A stretch of DNA of 64,000 bases from an uncultured Acidobacteriota bacterium (GTDB taxonomy: Bacteria; Acidobacteriota; Thermoanaerobaculia; UBA5066): NCBI GenBank assembly GCA_937888435.1, contig CALAQS010000351.1:1942-65941 (forward strand), read 5' to 3'. The translations under genes and the position numbers were made by a program. Below the pieces are notes generated by a model. That model saw only the letters and a program-made list of their open reading frames with translations, searched no databases and was not told the origin of the DNA. Of the stretch, positions 17,729-26,719 are shown piece by piece (the first letter of the stretch is position 1; each line of letters begins with the position of its first letter).

Positions 17729-18616
17729 TTAATTGAGGAACGCTTTCAGGGCCCGGCTCTTCATCGTGCGCTTGATGCGCGCGATGGCCTGCGCCTCGAT
17801 CTGGCGCACGCGCTCCCGCGAGAGGCGCAGTTCTTCTCCGATCTCCTGCAGCGTCATCGGCTCGCGCTCACCGTCCGAGCCGTCCTCCGGGATGCCGAAG
17901 CGGCGGCAGAGGATCGCGCGCTCCTTTTTCGGAAGCGACTCGAGGAGGTTGCGCGTCTGCTCCACGGACGAACGCTGGAGGAGCTGGTCGTCGGCGGCCG
18001 CGACGGACGTCTGCTCGAGCGTATCCCCGAGCGTGCGGTCCTCCTCGGCGCCGAAAAGCTCGGAGAGCGACTCGGAGCTGCGCGACATGGCCATGAGATT
18101 CCGGGCCTCGTCCGGGCGAAGGCCGGCCTCCGTCGCGATTTCCTCCATCGTGGCTTCCCGACCTAGCGACCGCGCAAGCGCCTCCTTCACGCGTCCCAGG
18201 CGGGAGTGGAGCGTCGCCTGCTTGTGCGGGAGACGGATGGCCCCCCATTGCTCGGAAAGGGCGTTCGAGATCGCCTGGCGCACCCACCAGACGGCGTACG
18301 TGATGAACTTGACGCCGCGATCGGGGTCGAAGCGCCGGGCGGCCTGGATGAGCCCGATGTTGCCTTCGTTGATGAGGTCGAGGAACGAGATGCCGGGGGA
18401 ATGGAACCGCTTCGCGTAGGAGACGACGAACCTCAGGTTTCCCCGCACGAGCTCGTCGACGGCCTCGCGCCGCGCCTCCTCGGAGGAGTCCGCGCACCGA
18501 ATGATCCGCCCGAGCTCCCGCTCCCGCTCGGGCGTGAGGATCGCGTACCGCGCGATGTCGTCGAGATACTTTCTCAGGACCTTGGAGTCGTCTTCGGGAC
18601 GCAGGCGCTGGCTCAC
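17729..18616 (-). CDS. Sigma-70 family RNA polymerase sigma factor (RpoD-like group 2/3; regions 1.2, 2, 3, 4)
   Basis: 295 aa. Blocks are YLDDIARYAILTPERERELG, NLRFVVSYAKRF...FLDLINEGNIGLIQAARRFDPDRGVKFITYAVWWVRQAI and TLQEIGEELRLSRERVRQIEAQAIARIK. Confidence 0.85.
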   Translation of the reverse strand: MSQRLRPEDDSKVLRKYLDDIARYAILTPERERELGRIIRCADSSEEARREAVDELVRGNLRFVVSYAKRFHSPGISFLDLINEGNIGLIQAARRFDPDRGVKFITYAVWWVRQAISNALSEQWGAIRLPHKQATLHSRLGRVKEALARSLGREATMEEIATEAGLRPDEARNLMAMSRSSESLSELFGAEEDRTLGDTLEQTSVAAADDQLLQRSSVEQTRNLLESLPKKERAILCRRFGIPEDGSDGEREPMTLQEIGEELRLSRERVRQIEAQAIARIKRTMKSRALKAFLN

Positions 18617-18658
18617 CGAAAGCGATTATGCCCTTCGCCGGACGCGCCGGGGGGGTCG

Positions 18659-19090
18659 TCAGCGGGTCCGGAGAACGATGGCGCCCCGCGGGCGGACCGT
18701 GAGCGCCTTCGACGCTTCCCCGCTGCGGGACGCGTGTTCGGCCGCGACCGCGCGGATGGAGTCCATGAGGCGGCCGACTTCGCCTTCCATGCGCTTCAGC
18801 CGCGACTTCAGCTCCAGGATGACCTCCACTCCCGCCAGGTTCACACCCAGCTCGCGCGTGAGCGTGAGAATGATCTCGAGGCGTTCGACCGTCTCGAGAT
18901 CGTAAAGGCGCGTATTGCCGGAGGAGCGGGCGGGCCGGATGAGGCCCTCACGCTCGTAGAGGCGCAGCGTCTGCGGATGGACTCCAAAGCGCCGCGCGAC
19001 CACGCCGATGAAGACGTAAGTGTCCCGCGGAGCAGGGGCTGGTTCGGGGCCCGCCGCGTCCGGCCGGGCCCCCTTGCGACGAGAGTCCAT
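18659..19090 (-). CDS. hspR: MerR-family heat-shock repressor HspR
   Basis: 143 aa. The MerR HTH is YVFIGVVARRFGVHPQTLRLYEREGLIRPARSSGNTRLYD, followed by a coiled tail. It lies 9 nt downstream of dnaK, the classic dnaK-hspR linkage. Confidence 0.8.
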   Translation of the reverse strand: MDSRRKGARPDAAGPEPAPAPRDTYVFIGVVARRFGVHPQTLRLYEREGLIRPARSSGNTRLYDLETVERLEIILTLTRELGVNLAGVEVILELKSRLKRMEGEVGRLMDSIRAVAAEHASRSGEASKALTVRPRGAIVLRTR

Positions 19091-19099
19091 CTCGCAACC

Positions 19100-21010
19100 T
19101 TATTTCTTCTGCTCCACGACCTCGGCGTCGATGACGTCGTCGGCCGGCTTGGATGAGGACGAATCGCCGGGCGTCTCGCCGCCCTCGCCCGCGGGGGCAC
19201 CCGCCGGGGCCGACTTGTAAAGCGCCTCGGCGATCTTGTAGCTGGCCTTCTGCAGATCGTGAGCCGCCTTCTTCAGCACCTCGGCATCGCCCGGGCTCGT
19301 CTCGAGGACCTTCTTCGCGTCGGCAACCGCCGACTTGACGGACTCCTTCTCCGACTCCGGCACCTTTTCGCCGCTCTCGTCCACGAGCTTCTCCGTCGAA
19401 TAGATGAGCGCGTCGAGCGCGTTCTTCGCCTCGATCGCCTCGCGCCGCTTCTTGTCCCCTGCGCTGTGCGACTCGGCGTCCTTGACGAGCTTCTCGACTT
19501 CCTTTTTGTCGAGGCCCGAGGACGACGTGATCGTGATTTTCTGCTCCTTGCCCGTGCCGCGATCCTTCGCCGACACGTTCAGGATCCCGTTCGCATCGAT
19601 GTCGAACGTGACCTCGACCTGCGGCATGCCGCGTGGCGCCGGCGGGATCCCCACGAGGGAGAAGACGCCGAGGAGCTTGTTGTCGCCGGCCATCTCGCGC
19701 TCGCCCTGGAGCACCTTGATCTCCACTGAGGTCTGGCCATCGGAGGCCGTGGAAAACGTCTCGGCCTTCTTCGTGGGAATCGTCGTGTTGCGGTCGATGA
19801 GCTTCGTCATCACGCCGCCGAGCGTCTCGACGCCCAGCGAAAGCGGCGTGACGTCGAGGAGAAGAAGGTCTTTCACGTCGCCCGCGAGGACGCCGCCCTG
19901 CAGGGCCGCGCCGATCGCGACGACCTCATCGGGGTTGACGGACTTGTTCGGATCCTTGCCGAAGAAGTCCTTCACGATCTGCTGGATCTTCGGCATGCGC
20001 GTCTGTCCGCCGACGAGAACCACCTCGTCGATCTTCGAGGCGTCGAGCCCGGCATCCTTGAGCGCCTGTCGGCACGGACCGACCGAGCGCTGCAGGAGAT
20101 CGTCGACGAGCGATTCGAGCTTCGCGCGCGTGAGCTTGATGTTGAGGTGCTTCGGCCCGGAGGCGTCCGCCGTGATGAAAGGGAGGTTCACGTCGGTCTC
20201 GACCGTCGTCGAGAGCTCGATCTTGGCCTTCTCGGCGGCTTCCTTGAGGCGCTGCGTCGCCATCGGGTCCTTCGAGAGGTCGATCCCCTGGTCCTTCTTG
20301 AACTCCGACTGGAGCCACTCGACGATCTTCTGGTCGATGTTGTCGCCGCCCAGGTGCGTGTCGCCGTTCGTCGACTTGACCTCGACGACGCCCTCGCCCA
20401 CCTCGAGGATCGAGATGTCGAACGTGCCGCCTCCGAAGTCGTAGACCGCGATCGTCTCGTTCTTTTTCTTGTCGAGGCCGTACGCGAGCGCCGCGGCCGT
20501 CGGTTCGTTCACGAGCCTCTCGACCTTGAGCCCCGCGATCTGGCCCGCGTCCTTCGTGGCCTGGCGCTGCGCATCGTTGAAATAGGCCGGCACCGTGATG
20601 ACGGCGCGGTCCACCTTCTCGCCGAGGTACGCCTCCGCGGCCTCCTTGAGCTTCGTGAGGATGATCGCGGAGATTTCCGGCGGAGACAGCTCTTTGCCGC
20701 CCACGGAGACGCGTGCGTCGCCGTTCGCGGAGCGAATGACCTTGTAGGGCACCATCTTCATTTCGTCGTTGACCTCGTCGAAGCGGCGGCCCATGAACCG
20801 CTTGATCGAGTACACGGTGTTCTCGGAGTTCGTCACCGCCTGGCGCTTGGCGACCTGCCCGACGAGGCGCTCGCCCGCTTTGGCGTAGGCGACGACGGAG
20901 GGCGTCGTGCGTCCCCCTTCCGAATTCGCGATGACCTCAGCCGTGCCGCCCTCGAGGACGGCGACGACGCTGTTCGTGGTGCCGAGGTCGATACCGATGA
21001 TCTTGCTCAT
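19100..21010 (-). CDS. dnaK: Molecular chaperone DnaK (Hsp70)
   Basis: 636 aa. Hsp70 signatures are [22 protein letters not shown] and [11 protein letters not shown]. An acidic C-terminal tail is present. Confidence 0.98.
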   Translation of the reverse strand: MSKIIGIDLGTTNSVVAVLEGGTAEVIANSEGGRTTPSVVAYAKAGERLVGQVAKRQAVTNSENTVYSIKRFMGRRFDEVNDEMKMVPYKVIRSANGDARVSVGGKELSPPEISAIILTKLKEAAEAYLGEKVDRAVITVPAYFNDAQRQATKDAGQIAGLKVERLVNEPTAAALAYGLDKKKNETIAVYDFGGGTFDISILEVGEGVVEVKSTNGDTHLGGDNIDQKIVEWLQSEFKKDQGIDLSKDPMATQRLKEAAEKAKIELSTTVETDVNLPFITADASGPKHLNIKLTRAKLESLVDDLLQRSVGPCRQALKDAGLDASKIDEVVLVGGQTRMPKIQQIVKDFFGKDPNKSVNPDEVVAIGAALQGGVLAGDVKDLLLLDVTPLSLGVETLGGVMTKLIDRNTTIPTKKAETFSTASDGQTSVEIKVLQGEREMAGDNKLLGVFSLVGIPPAPRGMPQVEVTFDIDANGILNVSAKDRGTGKEQKITITSSSGLDKKEVEKLVKDAESHSAGDKKRREAIEAKNALDALIYSTEKLVDESGEKVPESEKESVKSAVADAKKVLETSPGDAEVLKKAAHDLQKASYKIAEALYKSAPAGAPAGEGGETPGDSSSSKPADDVIDAEVVEQKK

Positions 21011-21056
21011 TGCAGGTGCTCCTCCGGACCCTTCCCTAAACGTGGGTCCACGGCTG

Positions 21057-21085
21057 AATCTAGAATCTTAGCGTGCTATTGTCAA
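21057..21085 (-). promoter_or_regulatory. Sigma-70-type promoter of the dnaK operon, with a weak HAIR-like imperfect inverted repeat in the spacer
   Basis: The minus-sense sequence is TTGACA (21085-21080), a 17-nt spacer, then TAGATT (21062-21057). GGAGGAG and the ATG follow about 40 nt downstream. CTTGACAatagcacGCTAAG only loosely resembles the HspR HAIR consensus CTTGAGT-N7-ACTCAAG. Confidence 0.55.
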
Positions 21086-21130
21086 GTTCTATGTTAGAGG
21101 CACCTACATCATCGAAGAAGATCGCGTAAG

Positions 21131-22438
21131 TCATTCTACAATGACGATTTCCTTCTTTAAAGTGGGCTGGATGTCGTCTCGTCTGGTGCTGTGCAGGACG
21201 AGCGTTCGCGAGAATAAGAGGTCCGGGTCGGTGTGGCCGAGAGGATCGAAGCCGACCAGATAGAACTTCTCGTCCCGAACGATGTAGCGGTACGCGGCTC
21301 CCCATGGATCCCTGAGGTCGGCCGGCGTCAGGATGTGCGAATCCACGAGCACCTCGACCGTCTCCGGGAGCCGCCCGGAAAGAAGCGTGTATGAGTCGAC
21401 TCCTTCCGCAACCCTTCGGAGCTTGAGAAGCGAAAGCGACTTCCTGAACCCGTCGACCAGCGGTACGCGCCGCGGCGGGAGCGTGAGCAGGTTCAACGGG
21501 TTCTTCGACTGGAATCTGAACGCGAGAAGCGCGAGCACCGCGAGAACGAGGCCGGCGAGAAGCGCGATGTCGAGCGGCCTGCGGACCGCTCGCGCGTGCG
21601 CGGGGACGTCCGCGATGAGCGCCTCTTGGGGAAGCTCCTCGGGGCGCGGCGCGCTTTCCTCGATCAGCCCGCGGCTCACGAGGTCGAAACACGCCTTGCA
21701 TCCGTCGAACTCCGACAGAAAAGCCAGCTCGTTGATCTCGGCAACGGTTCGACTGCCGTCCACGAGCTCGTAGACGGACCATTCGGCACGCGAGACACGG
21801 ATCGGGTCGAGCCTTTTCTCGCGGGCCCGCCGTGCGAGCGTGGAGTCCTCGACGTCCTCGACGGCGTCCTCGGCCTCGGCGGGGATCACGGGCTGCGCGA
21901 CGGGAACCCTCTGATACACGAGGTCGAGGGACCAGACCACCTTCTCGACGATCGGCCACTCGTCGATCATCCGGGCGCCTTCCATCAGGAGGCGCTCGAC
22001 GGCGATGGGCGTCGTCGACTCCGTGTCGTAGTCGACTTGCTCGGTCTGCTCGAAGACGTAGTCGCCGTCGGTCCACCGGAAAAGGCCGTATGCGATCCGC
22101 TTGATCTGGATGTCGAGCCCGTCGCGCAGGTCCTGCGCGGAGCAGAACCCGTTCTTGAGCAGGATGAAGCCGAGTCGCTGCAGCGTCTGGGCCTGCATCT
22201 CGAGGGCCCGCGCGAGGCCTTCCGCCGTCAGGCGCCGCGTCTTGACGAGGACGGTGCCGAGACGCGTGTCGAGCCGCTGTGCTGTGGACTCGGCCGAGAC
22301 GAGCATCCCGTCGAGAAACCCGAGCGTCACGGTGTCGGCGGGTCCGCGCACCGTGAGGAGGCCGGTTTTGTGCTGAAGCGAGATGAGCTGGAGGATGTCC
22401 GCTAGCGAGAAATCCCGGAGAGTGCCTTCGAGCGCCAT
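21131..22438 (-). CDS. DUF4388 (PATAN-type) domain protein
   Basis: 435 aa. The N-terminus GTLRDFSLADILQLISLQHKTGLLTV...LGFLDGMLV is the hallmark DUF4388 start. A second DUF4388-like stretch is IAYGLFRWTDGDYVFEQ. It also has a mid TM segment and a C-terminal DPWGAAYRYIV motif. Confidence 0.75.
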   Translation of the reverse strand: MALEGTLRDFSLADILQLISLQHKTGLLTVRGPADTVTLGFLDGMLVSAESTAQRLDTRLGTVLVKTRRLTAEGLARALEMQAQTLQRLGFILLKNGFCSAQDLRDGLDIQIKRIAYGLFRWTDGDYVFEQTEQVDYDTESTTPIAVERLLMEGARMIDEWPIVEKVVWSLDLVYQRVPVAQPVIPAEAEDAVEDVEDSTLARRAREKRLDPIRVSRAEWSVYELVDGSRTVAEINELAFLSEFDGCKACFDLVSRGLIEESAPRPEELPQEALIADVPAHARAVRRPLDIALLAGLVLAVLALLAFRFQSKNPLNLLTLPPRRVPLVDGFRKSLSLLKLRRVAEGVDSYTLLSGRLPETVEVLVDSHILTPADLRDPWGAAYRYIVRDEKFYLVGFDPLGHTDPDLLFSRTLVLHSTRRDDIQPTLKKEIVIVE

Positions 22439-22441
22439 TCG

Positions 22442-24367
22442 TCAGGCCCTGCGCGTCGAGGTGACGAATCCGACGATCCAACCGGTCAGGGCGACGACCA
22501 TCCAGAAAAAGACGCCGGGAGTCCCGGCTGTGAGCGTCGGCCGCGGCAACGTCGCGAGCGTATCCCGGAGGAGGATGGCGAGAAGGCCGAACGCGAACAG
22601 CCCGAAAGCGATCACGGCCGCCAGGAGGCGTGAGTCGAGGAACGCGCTGGAGCCCGGGAGCAGGCTGTTCAGGACCAAATGGATCCGGTCCTCGAGCGAC
22701 CGGCGCCGCCTGACGTCATCGAGCTTCTGGAGCTTCGTCTCGATCGCGACGCCGTCTTTCTTGAGGTACACATGGACGCACTGCGAGCACAGGAGGGCGC
22801 TCTCTCCCGGCGGCTTGCAGAGCCGGCAGAAAGACCGGCCGCATTTCTGGCATTCGGACGCATACCCGCGCCCTTGCTTCCGCGACCGGTCGAGAAAAAA
22901 AGCGGCGCCGATCGCGAGAAGAACCGCCCAGAGCAGGGGCACGCCGAAATCAACCGAGAAGGGAGTCCCCGTGAAGCGCGGGAGGCCGAGTCCGTCCCCG
23001 AGCTGGTAGGTCCGGTAGTGTCCCAGCAGGCGCCGGGTGCGGCCGTCGCGCTCCATGCGCTCGATCTTTTCGCGCGCCTCGTGCGGCGTGAAGCCGATCG
23101 AGACGACCTTCACGAGAGTCGGTGCCTCCTGAAAGCCCTGGACCGCGTGCGCGTCGAGAGCTCGTGCCTCCTGGAGCGTCTGGGCGGCCTCGATCGTCCG
23201 GAACGTCTCGGCGTAGAGCAGGGCGAGGTTGTACCGCGCCGCGATGCTGCGCCCATCGCGTTTCAGCGCTTCCTGGTAGTCCTCCTGTGCGGAGCCGAGG
23301 TCGCCGTCCACGAACCGGATGTTGCCGCGATTGACGAGGCATCGGATGTCGCTCGGGGCCATGCGGGAGCCTTCGGTGTACTCGGAGATCGCGCGATCGT
23401 TCTGCCCGAGCGCCTGGTAGAGGCGCCCGAGGACGAAGCGGATGTCCACGTCGTCGGGAATGATGTTCTTGGCCGCCTCGAGGTTGTCGAGGACGCGCTG
23501 GTCGTAACGGGACTCGTGCAGCGCCTCGGCGGCACGCAGGATTGGCGACGACGTGATGGCCATGTCGTATGCGACCCGGTCCAGCACCGGCAGGAGCAGC
23601 ATCGAGAGGGCGAGCGCGAGACTGGTCGCGATTTTCTGCTCCAGGCTCGCGTAACCGAAGAGAAGAACGAAAAGGAACAGAGCGAGCCACAGAACGTCCA
23701 GCGAGAGGAGCAGAGGCGCAACGAGGAACGCGGCGACCGCGATTCCGGTCGCGCGGCCGTGGAGGATTCCCTCCGCCGACTCCCTGAGGTCGTGGACGAG
23801 GCGCGGCCCGTTCCGGACGAGGAGCACGAGAATGGCGGCGAGAGCGGCGGCACAGGCCGTGAGCAAGAGAATCAGGACGAGGCGTACGAGCACGACGCGC
23901 CGCGACTCGCCGTCGGCGAAGGTCGCGCGAAGTGCCCCGAGAAGGTCCGGGACGAGATCGCCCCATGCCCGCGACGAGGCCGAGAGCGACAGGCGCGCCC
24001 AACGGGGCTCGGGGAGGTCCGGATCGAGGCGCATCGCGGCGGTGAACGCCCCGCGCGCGATCTCGCGCTTGCCTGCCGCGAGCTCGCGGCCCCCGAGAAG
24101 CGTCGCGGACAGAGCGAGGTCCGTCATGCGCCGGATCTCGATCTTCTGGGCGTGCTTGAGGATCTCGTCCACCTTGGCGCGCGCCAGCGGGCTGTCCCCC
24201 TCTTCCTGCGCGGCGAGCCAGCCGAACCACTGTCCGCGGACCAGCTTCCGGAATGCCGTCTCGTTGGATTCACCGGGCGCGACGAGGACCTGGGATCGGG
24301 CGGGAACCGCGGAGAGGAGCGTGAGCAGGGCGAGAAGAGACGCGGCGGCACGCCCGTGCAGGGCCAT
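22442..24367 (-). CDS. TPR-repeat membrane protein with a C-terminal cytoplasmic Cys-rich (zinc-ribbon-like) segment
   Basis: 641 aa. It has a signal/TM N-terminus and several TM helices. TPR repeats include VLGRLYQALGQNDRAISEYTEG and AQEDYQEALKRDGRSIAARYNLALLY. The Cys-rich segment is CQKCGRSFCRLCKPPGESALLCSQC. Confidence 0.75.
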   Translation of the reverse strand: MALHGRAAASLLALLTLLSAVPARSQVLVAPGESNETAFRKLVRGQWFGWLAAQEEGDSPLARAKVDEILKHAQKIEIRRMTDLALSATLLGGRELAAGKREIARGAFTAAMRLDPDLPEPRWARLSLSASSRAWGDLVPDLLGALRATFADGESRRVVLVRLVLILLLTACAAALAAILVLLVRNGPRLVHDLRESAEGILHGRATGIAVAAFLVAPLLLSLDVLWLALFLFVLLFGYASLEQKIATSLALALSMLLLPVLDRVAYDMAITSSPILRAAEALHESRYDQRVLDNLEAAKNIIPDDVDIRFVLGRLYQALGQNDRAISEYTEGSRMAPSDIRCLVNRGNIRFVDGDLGSAQEDYQEALKRDGRSIAARYNLALLYAETFRTIEAAQTLQEARALDAHAVQGFQEAPTLVKVVSIGFTPHEAREKIERMERDGRTRRLLGHYRTYQLGDGLGLPRFTGTPFSVDFGVPLLWAVLLAIGAAFFLDRSRKQGRGYASECQKCGRSFCRLCKPPGESALLCSQCVHVYLKKDGVAIETKLQKLDDVRRRRSLEDRIHLVLNSLLPGSSAFLDSRLLAAVIAFGLFAFGLLAILLRDTLATLPRPTLTAGTPGVFFWMVVALTGWIVGFVTSTRRA

Positions 24368-24402
24368 GCGGCGCCCCGCCGACGGAGAGGTCCCGGAGGA
24401 CC

Positions 24403-24855
24403 TCAGCCGCGCCTCGCCGCGGGAGGCGGGACGGGGGGCTTCGGCTGCGGGGCGCCCGCGAGCCGCGTGAACGCGAGCTGGAGCTCGCCGAGCAGCCCTT
24501 CGAGCGCGTCGGACTCTTCGAAGGAAAGACGCCCGCGCGTCTTCTCGCGAAGCGCGAGCAGAGAATCGACGATCTGCCGGGCCCCCGCGAGATCCACCTG
24601 GCGGCGTCCTGTCGCCGGGTCGGGGAAACCCTCCATGTAGAGCGCCGCCGTCTGCGCGAGCATGTCGAGGAGGCGAAGGAACGCCGGGCTCGTGGCAGGC
24701 GCCACCTCGGCGGGCGCGGGCTCGGGAGCGGGGGCCGCGGGCTCGGGCGCCGGATCGGGCGCCGCGAGCTCCGCCTGCGCTTCCGCGCGCACCTGGCCGT
24801 CAGCCGTGAAAAGGCGGCGATCCACGACCTTGATCGGTTTCTCGCTTTCGGACAT
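24403..24855 (-). CDS. DUF1844 domain protein
   Basis: 150 aa. An A/P/E-rich linker precedes FLRLLDMLAQTAALYMEGFPDPATGRRQVDLAGARQIVDSLLALREKTRGRLSFEE, which matches my recollection of the DUF1844 pattern. Confidence 0.7.
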   Translation of the reverse strand: MSESEKPIKVVDRRLFTADGQVRAEAQAELAAPDPAPEPAAPAPEPAPAEVAPATSPAFLRLLDMLAQTAALYMEGFPDPATGRRQVDLAGARQIVDSLLALREKTRGRLSFEESDALEGLLGELQLAFTRLAGAPQPKPPVPPPAARRG

Positions 24856-24905
24856 AAATCCCCTCGGGTCAGCGTATTTTACGTAAACGCCGGGAGGTTG
24901 CGCGC

Positions 24906-25709
24906 ATGGAAGATTCGGATGCCGCCGGGGCTCTCGTCGCGCTCATGGAAAGGCTCCGAAACGAGTGCCCGTGGGACCGGAAACAGACGGCCCGCGACCT
25001 CGCCGGGTATCTTCTCGAGGAGTGCTACGAGGTTCTCGATGCTCTTTCCCGCGAGGACTGGCGGGAGCTGGAGGGCGAGCTGGGCGATCTCCTCTTCCAG
25101 ATCGTTTTTCTCGCTAAGCTCGGGCAGGAGCGCGGCGCCTTCGACTTCGCGAGCGTCGCGCATCGCATCCACGACAAGATGGTCGCGCGCCACCCGCACG
25201 TCTTCGGCGAGGCTGCGGTGCGGGACGCCGACGGCGTTCGCGTGCAATGGGAGGAGCTCAAGCGCAAGGAGCGCGAGAAGGAGGGCCGCCCACCCTCGCC
25301 GTTCGACGGCGTCCCGCCGGCACTCCCGGCGCTCCTGAAGGCCGTGCGCCTGACCTCGCGCGCCGCGGACCTCGGCTTCGACTGGGAGCGCGATGCGGAC
25401 GTCCTCGTCAAGCTGGACGAGGAGGTCGCCGAGTTCAAGGCCGAGCTGCTCGCGCCGGGCGGCGAGCGGAAAGAGCGCGTGGCGGCCGAGATCGGCGATC
25501 TCCTCTTCACCGTCGTGAACGTCGCCCGCCGCCACGGCGTGGATCCCGAGGCCGCGCTTCAGTCCACGAACGACAAGTTCCGCCGGCGCTTCGAGGAAGT
25601 GGCGCGGCGGGCAAAGGCGGCTGGGAGAGACGTCAAGACGACTCCCCTCGCAGAGCTCGACCGGCTCTGGAACGAAGTAAAGTCCGAAGAGAGCCCAGGA
25701 GATTCTTAG
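24906..25709 (+). CDS. mazG: Nucleoside triphosphate pyrophosphohydrolase MazG
   Basis: 267 aa with tandem MazG domains. Motifs are CPWDRKQT...LLEECYEVLDAL, ELGDLLFQIVF, LDEEVAEFKAE and EIGDLLFTVVNVARRHGVDPE. GGAGG lies 8 nt upstream. Confidence 0.9.
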   Translation: MEDSDAAGALVALMERLRNECPWDRKQTARDLAGYLLEECYEVLDALSREDWRELEGELGDLLFQIVFLAKLGQERGAFDFASVAHRIHDKMVARHPHVFGEAAVRDADGVRVQWEELKRKEREKEGRPPSPFDGVPPALPALLKAVRLTSRAADLGFDWERDADVLVKLDEEVAEFKAELLAPGGERKERVAAEIGDLLFTVVNVARRHGVDPEAALQSTNDKFRRRFEEVARRAKAAGRDVKTTPLAELDRLWNEVKSEESPGDS

Positions 25710-25798
25710 AAGGCTAAAAGAAGAAATGCGCCGCGGCGCGCCCCCATCCCATTCACCTTCTAAGAGAAACCACCGGCGCCCAGCCGAGACTCAACCGG

Positions 25799-26719
25799 CT
25801 ACGGCACCAGCTCGGAGACGCGCACGGCTCTCGGGCCTTCTTTCCCTCCGAGCAATCCGAGCTTCTCTGAAAGGAACGCGAGAGTCTCCTTTCGAGGATG
25901 CCCGATGAGAATGGCCTGGCCGCGCTTTTTCGCGAGACTGACGCCCTTCTCCCACGCCGTCTCGAGCGCGCCCGGGGCGCCTCCGGGATCCGCGGATTCC
26001 GCGGCCGCGTCGTCGAGGAACACGTCGCGCTCGAGGCAGGGGACGCCGAGCTTGGACGCTTCCACTCCGACGACCGACGCCGGCGTGGTCCTCGAGTCGA
26101 GAAAGAAAAGCCCTTTCTCCTTCACGACTTCAAGCACGGCGCGAACGACACGCGCGTCGGCGGTCGCCTTCGAACCCTGATGGTTGTTGACGCCGAGCGC
26201 CCCCGGAAGCCGCGTGAGCGCGTCGAGGACGCCCGCGCGAAGCGACTCGTTGCCGTCCTTGGGACCGAGCGAGCCCTTCTCGGCGCGGCCGGACTCCGGA
26301 TCCATCGGCAGGTGAACGAGGAGATCCCATCCCTTCTCGCGCGCGAGCCGGGCCGCCTCCGCGGCATGCGGCGCGCTCGGGATCACGGCAAGCGCGAGCG
26401 GCGCGTCGAGCGCGGCGAGCGACGCGAGCGCGGACGGCTCGTAGCCGAGGTCGTCGACGACGACCGCGACGACTCCTCCCCGCCGGCGGTCGGCGACCTC
26501 GAAATCAGACGGGAGCGGCGGAGCCGGCCGCGCCGCCACGGGAGACGCCGGGCGCGGCACGCTCTTCGAGGACGTGGGACGCGAGCCGGACGCGGGCTGT
26601 TCTCCCCGGCGCGCGCAGCCGCGAACGAAGAAGGTCACGGACACACCGAGGGCCACACCGAAAAAGACGAGAAGGACGCTCCGAAGACCCCCGCGCGTTC
26701 GCGTCTTCTGGCGCGTCAC
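25799..26719 (-). CDS. Divergent polysaccharide deacetylase family protein (YibQ-like)
   Basis: 306 aa with an N-terminal TM. Blocks are VAVVVDDLGY, LLVHLPMDP, ALGVNNHQGSKAT and FFLDSRTT. It has a GTGA overlap with the ctp stop. The envC-ctp-yibQ order is a conserved arrangement. Confidence 0.8.
   Translation of the reverse strand: MTRQKTRTRGGLRSVLLVFFGVALGVSVTFFVRGCARRGEQPASGSRPTSSKSVPRPASPVAARPAPPLPSDFEVADRRRGGVVAVVVDDLGYEPSALASLAALDAPLALAVIPSAPHAAEAARLAREKGWDLLVHLPMDPESGRAEKGSLGPKDGNESLRAGVLDALTRLPGALGVNNHQGSKATADARVVRAVLEVVKEKGLFFLDSRTTPASVVGVEASKLGVPCLERDVFLDDAAAESADPGGAPGALETAWEKGVSLAKKRGQAILIGHPRKETLAFLSEKLGLLGGKEGPRAVRVSELVP

Noticed and set aside
21011-21130. CIRCE (HrcA) element upstream of dnaK
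   Set aside because: TTAGCGTGC resembles one CIRCE half-site (TTAGCACTC), but no matching GAGTGCTAA half lies 9 nt away. The presence of hspR also argues for HspR rather than HrcA control. The HAIR similarity itself is weak (about 8 of 14 positions).
22679-24640. Very long antisense or out-of-frame ORFs throughout the window: 4193..5683 +, 9529..11169 +, 11027..13273 +, 22679..24640 +, 29180..31165 +, 40313..43312 -, 45856..47862 +, 57456..59246 -, 58411..60876 +, 61647..63089 -
   Set aside because: All have extreme R/G/E/D/P composition, no domain signatures and no SD sequences. Each fully overlaps a gene with clear family motifs in another frame. Long open shadow frames are expected at this GC content.
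25728-25739. GCGCCGCGGCGC palindrome between mazG and the yibQ-like gene as a bidirectional terminator
   Set aside because: A 12-nt perfect palindrome leaves no loop, so at best it forms a 4-bp stem. The flanking A/T runs are short and interrupted. Evidence for a terminator is insufficient.
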